Below are positions 56,231 to 64,000 of a stretch of 64,000 bases of DNA, piece by piece (position 1 is the first letter of the stretch; the number at the start of each line of letters is the position of its first letter). The stretch is from an uncultured delta proteobacterium (lineage in GTDB: Bacteria; Desulfobacterota; Binatia; UBA9968), in assembly GCA_963745035.1 (NCBI GenBank), contig CAVUVW010000013.1:736001-800000 (forward strand). The letters run 5' to 3'. The translations under genes and the position numbers were made by a program. The notes beneath the pieces were generated by a model. That model saw only the letters and a program-made list of their open reading frames with translations, did not search any database and was not told the DNA's origin.

Positions 56231-57217
56231 TCACTTCCACAATTGTTTGTAGAATCCCTGGCTATCCAGTTCCTTGACGAAGCGATCGTCATAGAAAGCT
56301 TCGGGCTTCGCGTCCTTGGCTTTCGGATTTCTTGCCGCCGCTTGGTTCAGGACCTCCTGGATACCCTCGCGCGTGTTGTAGGGAATCTTGTCCACGTAAT
56401 CCACCGCGTACTGGTAAACCGTATCGAGAGTTTTCGCATCCGTGGCCCGGGTGTATCTCGCAATCGCGCGCCGGCTAAGCTCCTTGTCTGTAAACAGCCG
56501 ATGCACCGCCTCCGAGTAGGCCTTCAGAAACCGCCGCACCAGATCAGTATTGGCGCTGATAAAAGATCGGCGCGCCATAAAGGCATCGTGGGGAAAGTAA
56601 ACACCGGCCTTGCCCATATTCATCAATACTCGCGCGCCCGCCTCTTCGGCCCGAAGATTGGTTGGGCTGGAGAACGGAGCAGAGACGATGGTGCGGCTAC
56701 GCAACATTGCCGCAGCGGCGAAGAGATCTCCTGTTTGGATGAGGGTCACGTCCTTTCCAGGTTCGAGCCCATGCTTGCGCAAAACATATCTCATGGTGAA
56801 ATCGGTCGAGGAACCGAAGCGGGTTACCCCAACCGTCTTTCCGCGCAAGTCCTCGATCGTTTTGATCTCCGGTAAAGCCATGATGTAAAAGGCCGGAACT
56901 TTAACCATCGACCCGAACATAACGATGTCCGCCCCGCCCAAGCTGGCATCGACAGCAGCGCTCCCCGCCGCACCGGCGATAGGCAACTCACCCCCCAACA
57001 TCGCTTGCACCATCAGCGATCCCGAAGCGATCAATACGAGACGGGAATCGATGTCGTATTTTTCGAAAATCTTTCCCTCTTCCGCGACCCAGAGACCGGC
57101 GAAAACTCCGCTCGCGCTGGAATAGCCGTGCGCCAACCGATCCCGCGCCAGCGTCGAACCAGGCGACGTCGCGACGAGAAGCAACCCAATCACGGCCGTT
57201 TGAATTCGTTTGTTCAC
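56231..57217 (-). CDS. SsuA/NMT1/THI5-like substrate-binding protein
   Basis: Signal peptide, LWVAEEGKIF, DLRGKTVGVTRFGSST, FLKAY.EA, FVKELD..GF. Confidence 0.88.
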   Translation of the reverse strand: MNKRIQTAVIGLLLVATSPGSTLARDRLAHGYSSASGVFAGLWVAEEGKIFEKYDIDSRLVLIASGSLMVQAMLGGELPIAGAAGSAAVDASLGGADIVMFGSMVKVPAFYIMALPEIKTIEDLRGKTVGVTRFGSSTDFTMRYVLRKHGLEPGKDVTLIQTGDLFAAAAMLRSRTIVSAPFSSPTNLRAEEAGARVLMNMGKAGVYFPHDAFMARRSFISANTDLVRRFLKAYSEAVHRLFTDKELSRRAIARYTRATDAKTLDTVYQYAVDYVDKIPYNTREGIQEVLNQAAARNPKAKDAKPEAFYDDRFVKELDSQGFYKQLWK

Positions 57218-57394
57218 CTTGATCCTCCTATTTCCAGTCGTCGTAACCCAGCCGCAAGTAGCTAGCCGCAAATCGGAGTTTGTGTCAACTTACTTTTTGC
57301 CGAACCGCCGGGTGTGATTGAATCATCGCCGGCGCGCGCAACTATGTTGACAGATCGCAGAAGTGTCCCTCCAAGCGGCGGAAGAAATGTTATT

Positions 57395-57649
57395 TTATAA
57401 TGCTGGCGCCGAGGGTGTGAGGCTGGTTGATTCGCTTACGCTTTTTTGCTCGTCAATCCACTGCTTACATAGTTTGAGCGCGTGTTCTTCCGCTTTTTTC
57501 TTCGTCGAAAAAGTCAATTCCGGGCGCTCCAATCTTTTGATTTCTGTCACTTGATCTTCGGCGTCAAATATCAAGCCCCGGCCATACCATTTGTTCTCCG
57601 GGCCGCTCATTCCGATTCCGTAAATAAGATGATTATTGTACCGGTGCAT
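57395..57649 (-). CDS. Small hypothetical protein
   Basis: 84-aa ORF with GAAAGG SD; protein-like FSTKKKAEEHALKLCKQWID helix. Confidence 0.6.
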   Translation of the reverse strand: MHRYNNHLIYGIGMSGPENKWYGRGLIFDAEDQVTEIKRLERPELTFSTKKKAEEHALKLCKQWIDEQKSVSESTSLTPSAPAL

Positions 57650-57842
57650 GCATCCGCCTTTCGATAACTGTCTGATCGTGTACCATGGCTCACTCTAAGC
57701 AGCGGCCATGCTGAATCCGTGGCGCTTACTATACGCCCCGATAGAGCAGAATGCCCTGACGCGGCATCGTTATTAGACTGCTCCCTGCCGACAACCACAA
57801 CCTAGCGAAGTTTCTGCCGTTACGGCAACGAGGAACAACTTT

Positions 57843-57932
57843 TTACTTCCGTCTGTAGGCGCTCCACTTTGCTAGCTTGAAAACAATAATCAGGATCACA
57901 ATCATTACAAAAACGGGCACAATGGCCGCCAT
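57843..57932 (-). CDS. 29-aa single-helix membrane peptide (below ORF-track cutoff)
   Basis: MAAIVPVFVMIVILIIVFKLAKWSAYRRK; AGGAGG 6 nt upstream; TATAAT at 57976-57981. Confidence 0.65.
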   Translation of the reverse strand: MAAIVPVFVMIVILIIVFKLAKWSAYRRK

Positions 57933-58300
57933 ATCAGACCTCCTGTTGAGCCCTACCGTTTTGAGACTATGGGAAATTATAGGGGCGAAACGTGGGGACT
58001 GTCTGTCTAATATTGGACGATCTCAGAATACTCGTCGGAGGTACTTGAGACGTGGGCTTGGGGACCCAGCTAGCTCACCTCGTCGTTGGGCTGACGCGAC
58101 CGCCGGCTTCAAGCCGACTGCGCTACCCGCACCTCGACTCAAATACCCGCATACGATCGATATTTTTTAAAGCCGCTCTTTCCGACCAAACCAAACGGCA
58201 AGTACCTCTGGGACAACTGCGCGGCTCTATAATTTCGAATGAAAGGAATTCTTCTAAGTTAAGACATGTTCGGTGGAAGAATTGATTTCTAGAAAAACGA

Positions 58301-58606
58301 TCAGCTCTTACCGGCATACTGAATGACTTCATGCATTTCGAAAACATTGGGGCCGGAAAATATCTCGGAGGGCGGCCGGTTTCGGTGCGCTTCCTTGAAT
58401 TCAGCGCTGTTGGTCCAAGCCTGGAAAGAAGCTTCGTCCTGCCAATGGGTCAAGACAATGTAGTAGTCGCCCTTAAGCGGTCGTAGGATTTCAAGTCGGA
58501 CGAAGCCTGGCATATTTTCCACGAGCCGCGCTCGTCCCTCGAAGCGCTTCTCGAACTCTTCCTCATGTCCTTTAGCCACTTGAAGTCGATTCGAAACAAC
58601 AATCAT
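58301..58606 (-). CDS. Antibiotic biosynthesis monooxygenase/IsdG-like protein
   Basis: VVSNR, FEKRF, MPGF, W..EASFQAW..S..F..AH; AAGGAG SD. Confidence 0.88.
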   Translation of the reverse strand: MIVVSNRLQVAKGHEEEFEKRFEGRARLVENMPGFVRLEILRPLKGDYYIVLTHWQDEASFQAWTNSAEFKEAHRNRPPSEIFSGPNVFEMHEVIQYAGKS

Positions 58607-58812
58607 GTGAGCGCTCCTTTACCGTTAAGACTGGGGCAAATTTCGCTTTCCGCAAGGACCGGGGCGTGTTCTGATGGCCTTCCTTGGCGCGCATGTCCCG
58701 AACTATCGTACAACTCTTGCAAGCCTTTGCTAGTTCTGCAACTCCGGAGCGTGCAGGGAGCAAGAAACGCTAATGGTTGAAATGTGGGCAATGCAAGACC
58801 TGACCGATTCCC

Positions 58813-59110
58813 TCCGTTGCGAGAGCTTGGTGTCGGGTTGGCTTATAACCACACGGTCCGAATGGCCGCTGTCCCGTCCCTTTACATATCGACAACTCGG
58901 CGGTGCAATGAAAATTGCCGGGGGCGGGAGATCGCTGCCCGTACAGGACAGCTCCCAAAGCCTTGAACCTGATGGGTGACTGGTGCGGACCTACGGGATC
59001 CGACACCAACGGATTGAAAACAGGGGCGCGTCAATCAGGGATCACACATCCGCGAGGATTGAAAAAGAGAATAAGAAAAATTCTCACAGGAACGTCTGTG
59101 CCTCTTGACC
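58813..59110 (+). ncRNA. Candidate structured non-coding RNA of unknown class
   Basis: Nested stems with GAGA and GAAA tetraloops (see findings); no credible CDS. Confidence 0.4.
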
Positions 59111-59154
59111 TGCCTGCTAATGGGCAACCCGGCAACATCTCGTTGATTGGGCAC

Positions 59155-59700
59155 TTATCCGGTCTTAAGAATTTGCTCGGCAGCATCCCACACGCAATCT
59201 GTTTGTTCATTGATGAATTCCACGAGATGTTCCGGCACTCGCTCCTGGTCAAATGCTGCCTGTAGTTGATAGGCCATCTGTTCCAAAGGGCTTTGTTGGT
59301 AGCCACACTGAAAAAGACCTATGGCATACGCTAGAAGAAAATTGTCGACACCGAGACGATCCCACTGAGCAACGTGAACGAGTTCGTGAAAATACAGGCT
59401 CTCGCTTTGCTGTCCGGTAGACACAAAGAACGTATCTTTATAGGTCACTCCGGCCAATGGCATCGTTTCCATCCCGCCGAGTTCCGGTATCCCGAGTTGC
59501 GAGAGCGGAGGAAACGGTACTTGGGGCACGACTACCACCCGAGCCCGGACCAGCAATGCCTCGGGATAGTGATCTCGGAGCCGCGTGTAGGCGGAATTCG
59601 AGACCGAGATTGTCGCATTCCTGTGGATCTCCAACGTGCGCTCGATCCAAGTTTTTACCCCAGGCAGCACTCCTTGAAGCTTCGTCACAACGGGATTCAT
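59155..59700 (-). CDS. Hypothetical HExxH zincin-like protein (DUF4157-like)
   Basis: AGVTY..TFF, FHELVHVAQW, Y..SPLEQMAY; starts 2 nt after the hsdR stop. Confidence 0.72.
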   Translation of the reverse strand: MNPVVTKLQGVLPGVKTWIERTLEIHRNATISVSNSAYTRLRDHYPEALLVRARVVVVPQVPFPPLSQLGIPELGGMETMPLAGVTYKDTFFVSTGQQSESLYFHELVHVAQWDRLGVDNFLLAYAIGLFQCGYQQSPLEQMAYQLQAAFDQERVPEHLVEFINEQTDCVWDAAEQILKTG

Positions 59701-59702
59701 AA

Positions 59703-61910
59703 CTACGCCCTCTCCGAGTACACACTCTTCCCCTCGCCCTGGTAGCTCTCATACACATGCTCGAAGACCGCGGTGCATTTGGTCTCGTAAAGTTCTTTGG
59801 AATACGCGCGCGGTAAACCGTCGTCCAAGGCGTCTTCGATGGCCAACCGCACACGTGCTCGGCTGCCGACCCTCTGCCGCCAACCGATGACTAAAAGTTC
59901 TTTTAATTTTTCCAACAATTGGCGGGCGACCTTTTTGACCTCGTCCTTCTCTTGGGTGGTCAACTCCGGCCCTGGGCGCGTAAGGATATCGAAAACAGTC
60001 AGCTCTTCTTCTCTCAGGTTCTCGCGCACATGGCGGGTTTGCTCTTGGGTGAGAATGCTGGAGAGATCGAGCAGCTCGCGGAAAATTTCCTCGATATTTC
60101 GGCTGCCGGCATTATAACTTTCGATCAATTCTTGAAACTTTTCGAGATAGTCGGCCCGCGTGCGGTTCAGGCGTACCATGCGCTCAAGCGCACTTCGGAC
60201 CGCCGCCTTGAGATGTTCCAGGTCAGTATTGGTCGGCTTGTTCTTGTCGAATTTTTTCCTTAGCGCCTCAAAATCGATTTTCGAGAGATCGAAGTAACCG
60301 CCCTTATTCTCGCCGATCGTGAAGGGCACCGCGGCGATGGACTGGTCAAGCAGCTCCTGAATACCTTCCAGGACCTGGGAAATATCGGGTGGGTCCGTCG
60401 TTGTGCGAATTCGTTCGGCGATCGCCAGGATACACCCGCAGCGCGGCGCCAGCTCGATGGCTAAGGGGTCGGGCTTGACCGCGCGATAGAGCGCGCCAAC
60501 TAGACCGGCCTTGCCCAAAAAGTCGCGCCGTACATTTTCAGGCGCCATTAGCCTGTCCGCCGCATCCTGGATCGCGCCGACCCGAGCGAAGTTGGCGGTC
60601 GGCGTCGCCTCGATCTTCGCGAGATCGATTCCGTGGCTTCGGCAGAATGCCGTCGCATCTTCGACCGCTCGCCGCAAGTCTGCCGCCAGCTCTTTCTTAT
60701 CGCGCAGGGGCGTCTCGCCGCCTCGCCCTTTGCCGTAGATAGCCAGCGCCTTTTCCAGGGAGGCAAACACGTTGGCGTAGTCGACGATCAAGCCGCTCTG
60801 TTTGCCAGCATCACTCACCGCGCCGCAGGCAGCGAACGTTTTGGCGATCTGCTCGTCCAGCTCGACGCGGTCCGTCACGATCACAAACGTCCAGTTGCCC
60901 GGCACCTTGCGCAGCATCTTCTGCGCATAGAAGACCATGGCGAAGCTCTTGCCCGATCCCTGCGTCTGCCAGAAGACGCCACCGCGCCCATGCCCTGCCG
61001 CGCGCGCGGCCAGTGTCGCGCGTATCGCGTTGTTCACGCCGAGGTATTGGTGGTTCTGTGCAATGGCTTTCACCAAACCGCTCTTGTGCCAGGAAAAGAG
61101 AGTGAAGTTTTCAACGAAGTCCAACAATCTTGTTGGATCACACAAACCGCGCAGCATCACCTCCAGCGATACCCGCCGCGGTTCGTCCTCGCGCTCTATT
61201 CGTTTCCACTCCGTGAAGCGATCCCAGTCCGCCGTCAGCGAACCGACCCGGCTATCGGCACCATTGGAAGCGATCAAAAAGGCGTTGTACCAAAACAACG
61301 CAGGAATTCCGTTCTGAAGGTGTTTGTAGCTCGTCAAGTTTTCATCGAATGCTTGCCGAGCCGGGACACCGGGTTTCTTTAGCTCAATAACGACAACCGG
61401 CAGGCCGTTGACGAAACCGATCAAATCAGGCCGGCAAGTATAAAGCTCGCCCGTGATCGTCATTTGGCTTACGAGCAAAAAGTCGTTCCCCTGCGAATTG
61501 TCCCAATCGACCAGCCGCACCCGCTCCGTCTTCTGTCCGCCGCGTTCCTGGTCCGCAACGGAGACTGTGACGCCATCCCGCAACAAATCCCAAAGGTCCC
61601 GGTTCGCCGCAGCGAGACTCATCGCCGACCGGTCGCGGGCGAGTTCATCGATAGCCGAGTTAATCGCGTCGGCAGGCAACGCAGCATTCAATCGTGCGAG
61701 TGCCGCACGGAGTTTCGGGACGAGAACAACTTGCGATTTCGTCTCACGGCCTAACCAACTCCCGCGCTCACTGGGAGAGAGCTGGGATGAAGGTTCGGAG
61801 AAGCCGAATGTTTCCTCGGTTGCCGAGACCGTCGCCCAACCCAACTCCGCGAAGAGGTCGACCGCTGGTTGTTCGACAAGAAGCTCTTCGGTGTAGTCGC
61901 TTGGGCTCAT
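59703..61910 (-). CDS. hsdR: Type I restriction subunit R with an in-frame deletion of most of the helicase motor
   Basis: Nuclease RPD...IELK, Walker A WQTQGSGKS, VTDRVELDEQI, then jumps to GLIVDY and a DUF3387-like C-terminus; no DEAH motif or motif VI. Confidence 0.85.
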   Translation of the reverse strand: MSPSDYTEELLVEQPAVDLFAELGWATVSATEETFGFSEPSSQLSPSERGSWLGRETKSQVVLVPKLRAALARLNAALPADAINSAIDELARDRSAMSLAAANRDLWDLLRDGVTVSVADQERGGQKTERVRLVDWDNSQGNDFLLVSQMTITGELYTCRPDLIGFVNGLPVVVIELKKPGVPARQAFDENLTSYKHLQNGIPALFWYNAFLIASNGADSRVGSLTADWDRFTEWKRIEREDEPRRVSLEVMLRGLCDPTRLLDFVENFTLFSWHKSGLVKAIAQNHQYLGVNNAIRATLAARAAGHGRGGVFWQTQGSGKSFAMVFYAQKMLRKVPGNWTFVIVTDRVELDEQIAKTFAACGAVSDAGKQSGLIVDYANVFASLEKALAIYGKGRGGETPLRDKKELAADLRRAVEDATAFCRSHGIDLAKIEATPTANFARVGAIQDAADRLMAPENVRRDFLGKAGLVGALYRAVKPDPLAIELAPRCGCILAIAERIRTTTDPPDISQVLEGIQELLDQSIAAVPFTIGENKGGYFDLSKIDFEALRKKFDKNKPTNTDLEHLKAAVRSALERMVRLNRTRADYLEKFQELIESYNAGSRNIEEIFRELLDLSSILTQEQTRHVRENLREEELTVFDILTRPGPELTTQEKDEVKKVARQLLEKLKELLVIGWRQRVGSRARVRLAIEDALDDGLPRAYSKELYETKCTAVFEHVYESYQGEGKSVYSERA

Positions 61911-61939
61911 TCAGGAGAGCGTCGACAGGTGGGTGCTGA

Positions 61940-63004
61940 TTAAGCGCTAGCGGGCAAGGGATTCCAGCCTTGTTCTTTCAGGCGTTGCCAAGCTTTGAGG
62001 AGATGGTCAGGTCTGAAACTACGGCGCTTTTTTGGTGTCCAATTGCGGACGGCCTCGATAGCAACCTGGGGCTTTTCGCGCGCCTCGGGATTCTCGCGCA
62101 TCACCCAATGCACCGTACTCAGGAGTTCTAGGCCATAGGGGTCTTCGTATCCGTCAATCAGTGAGATAACCCGGTCCATGCGCTTCAGAATGTCAGGGTG
62201 TTGGGCAAGTAAAGCTCTTGCTTCCTCGACAGCACCCGGAAGCAGCTCGATCGGACGCGTAGGAGCGTCTTTACCGTCGCCATATCCCTGCGTGTAATGT
62301 TTCTCCAAGCGGATCAAAACCTGCCGGAGATTTCTCGCATATGGACCGTACGGCTTTGCTTCATATTGTAAGCGCAGCTCTTGACCGGCTTCTTGCAGGA
62401 GATACATCAGCTTGTGGATTTCCAGCAGACTCACGAACGGATCGAGCAATCCCTTCAGATAGCGATCCATCAGGGCAATCAATGTCGCCTGTCCCGCCGT
62501 CATCTTTGGGCGTTCCGTCCGATTGGGCATCTCGTCAGGCGAAGGCGTATGCCCCGGCGCGTAGAGATGCACGTGCACGTCCGGCAACTCAGCAAAAGCA
62601 GCTTCAATCCGAGGACGCACGTCAGCCCAGTCTAATCCCCCGTTGCCGCAACCCAACGGCGGCACCGCGATAGAGCGAACACCCAATCGCCGCACTGTCG
62701 CCACCAAATCGCGCAGGCCAGCTTCGATGTCAGCCAATCGGCTGCGCTCGCGCCAATGCCCCTTCGTCGGAAAGTTGATGACCCAACGCGGTCCGCCCGT
62801 CAGTCCACCGAGATCATAGACATGCACTTTCCCAAGCCGCACCTCACCCGCCTTGCAAGCTTTTTCATAGTCCCGGAACATCGCCGGGAACGCCTGCTTG
62901 AATTGCAGAGCGATGCCCTTCCCCATGATCCCCTGGGTATTGACAGTATTCACGAGTGCCTCGACCGGCGCTTCGAGCAGATTTCCTTTCGCGACTTCAA
63001 TCAT
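61940..63004 (-). CDS. darG: DarG macrodomain antitoxin (DNA ADP-ribosyl glycohydrolase)
   Basis: ALVNTVNTQGIMGKGIALQFK, INFPTKGHW, PPLGCGNGGL; C-domain HKLMY, YGPY, GLELLSTVHW. Confidence 0.92.
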   Translation of the reverse strand: MIEVAKGNLLEAPVEALVNTVNTQGIMGKGIALQFKQAFPAMFRDYEKACKAGEVRLGKVHVYDLGGLTGGPRWVINFPTKGHWRERSRLADIEAGLRDLVATVRRLGVRSIAVPPLGCGNGGLDWADVRPRIEAAFAELPDVHVHLYAPGHTPSPDEMPNRTERPKMTAGQATLIALMDRYLKGLLDPFVSLLEIHKLMYLLQEAGQELRLQYEAKPYGPYARNLRQVLIRLEKHYTQGYGDGKDAPTRPIELLPGAVEEARALLAQHPDILKRMDRVISLIDGYEDPYGLELLSTVHWVMRENPEAREKPQVAIEAVRNWTPKKRRSFRPDHLLKAWQRLKEQGWNPLPASA

Positions 63005-63011
63005 TGGAATT

Positions 63012-63632
63012 TCAATAATACCATGTCGGCTGCACGTCAACCGAGGGCTGATGACTGTGATTTTGGATTAATCCCTCAACCTGCCGCGCGACCGTCGAAT
63101 TGTGGCAACCAATCTGCTCAATACAGGTCCGAGGAAAGAAATCTTCTACCAAAAACTCGGCTTGTTTTTCATGCGTTTTGCCGCGCCAATCCCGCGCACG
63201 GATCGCCGGCCAGTCTAGTACAGCCAGCGCACCAAGATTCGCATCAAATGAAGTGTGAAAAGCCCCTGCGTTTCCGTCACTGATCGCCCAAGCCTGTCCA
63301 AGTCCGATTGCGGCACCTACGTTGCTGACCAGATGAACGATCGTCGCCTGACAGCCTGGCGGCAGTCCGGTGGCACCTTGATTGATCGTATACAACATCG
63401 GAGAACGCGGGCAAAAGTAAAATGGCACGAACTCACCGACAAAGCGATTATTACAGCAAGGCACCCGAATCTGGCTGAGTCGCCGTTGCTTGATGTGGCC
63501 ATAACCGATTACGGCCGGATTTCTTTGCGCCATCACAGCATCCGAGTATAAGCCTCCGTCGGCCAGCATGTTTGGCAAATTCGTCACGTCGGTAATGTGG
63601 TAAATCGGCGTCTGTAACGGTTGCAAAGCCAT
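63012..63632 (-). CDS. darT: DarT ssDNA ADP-ribosyltransferase toxin (DUF4433)
   Basis: IYHIT...NL, VPFYFCPRSPMLY, SDGNA, KQAEFLV with catalytic Glu; directly upstream of darG. Confidence 0.92.
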   Translation of the reverse strand: MALQPLQTPIYHITDVTNLPNMLADGGLYSDAVMAQRNPAVIGYGHIKQRRLSQIRVPCCNNRFVGEFVPFYFCPRSPMLYTINQGATGLPPGCQATIVHLVSNVGAAIGLGQAWAISDGNAGAFHTSFDANLGALAVLDWPAIRARDWRGKTHEKQAEFLVEDFFPRTCIEQIGCHNSTVARQVEGLIQNHSHQPSVDVQPTWYY

Positions 63633-63725
63633 ACCCCAGCATCGCCTTACCGGCGCCTAGCCTAACTCCAAAAAACTTGATTCGCGGGCTTCTCAACGAA
63701 AGGTTCCGGTCTACGCATGACACAT

Positions 63726-64000
63726 TTAGTTCTGCAACTGGAAAAACGGGTTCTTGTCCACTATTGCAGCCTGAACTTTCTCCCGGAGATAATCTTTCAA
63801 ATCGTTCTCACGCTCAAGCAAAAGGACAAATTCCTGAAGTGTACAAAGCGTCACGACCATCTTCGAAAGCGACTCTTTACATGTCACTATTGCGGGACCA
63901 GTGTAGCCAGAATAAGAAATTAAAATTCCGCGCGCACAGTTCCGATTGAATACGCGCACGAGATGCTGCGACACCTCGCCCGTGCCCAACGGCTTATCCC
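63726..64000 (-). CDS. C-terminus of a probable Mrr-like restriction endonuclease (truncated by window edge)
   Basis: PLGTGEV...GILISYSGYT.PA pattern typical of the Mrr_cat C-terminus; defence context. Confidence 0.55.
   Translation of the reverse strand, partial: DKPLGTGEVSQHLVRVFNRNCARGILISYSGYTGPAIVTCKESLSKMVVTLCTLQEFVLLLERENDLKDYLREKVQAAIVDKNPFFQLQN

Noticed and set aside
58716-58735. Sigma54 promoter for the ABM gene
   Set aside because: It reads TAGCA...TTGCA and lacks the invariant GG at -24.
58981-59010. Degenerate tRNA 3' end (minus strand ...ATCCCGTAGGTCCGCACCA) as attR of tRNA-Leu
   Set aside because: Only patchy identity to the tRNA, in inverted orientation, and the segment is better explained as part of the structured element.

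Overview
High-GC bacterial chromosome segment. Gene content and order suggest a 'deltaproteobacterial' lineage such as Candidatus Binatia (inference only). 1-37.1 kb is mostly core genome: liv transport genes; leuDC, truA, asd, leuB, leuA, pssA, psd, ilvC, ilvN, ilvB; tsaB, rseP, dxr, cdsA, uppS, frr, pyrH, tsf, rpsB; rho; rluD, ribF; the tol-pal cluster; and pgk, tpiA, secG, tRNA-Leu(GAG). Several essential genes at 3.8-9.3 kb carry single-base frameshifts, which are most likely long-read consensus errors. 37.4-57.2 kb is accessory metabolism: a sigma54-preceded small HTH gene, a UbiD decarboxylase, bactofilin, LspA, Gdx/SugE, an amidohydrolase, a heme-oxygenase-like diiron oxidase, and a hydantoinase/LLM/aldolase catabolic cluster with orphan solute-binding proteins. 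From about 57.3 kb there is a more AT-rich island ending in a defence locus: a partial Mrr-like nuclease, DarT-DarG, an HsdR missing most of its motor domain in frame, and an HExxH protein. Highlights not visible in the ORF track: (1) a probable selenoprotein peroxiredoxin-like gene (W-UGA-P-Y-C plus a SECIS-like hairpin); (2) several families of short-period tandem repeats arranged as inverted arms at gene junctions; (3) a ~300-nt densely base-paired candidate ncRNA at the island edge; (4) a 29-aa membrane peptide with a strong SD and -10 box; (5) an IF1-like/zinc-ribbon protein next to a FAM173-like methyltransferase.
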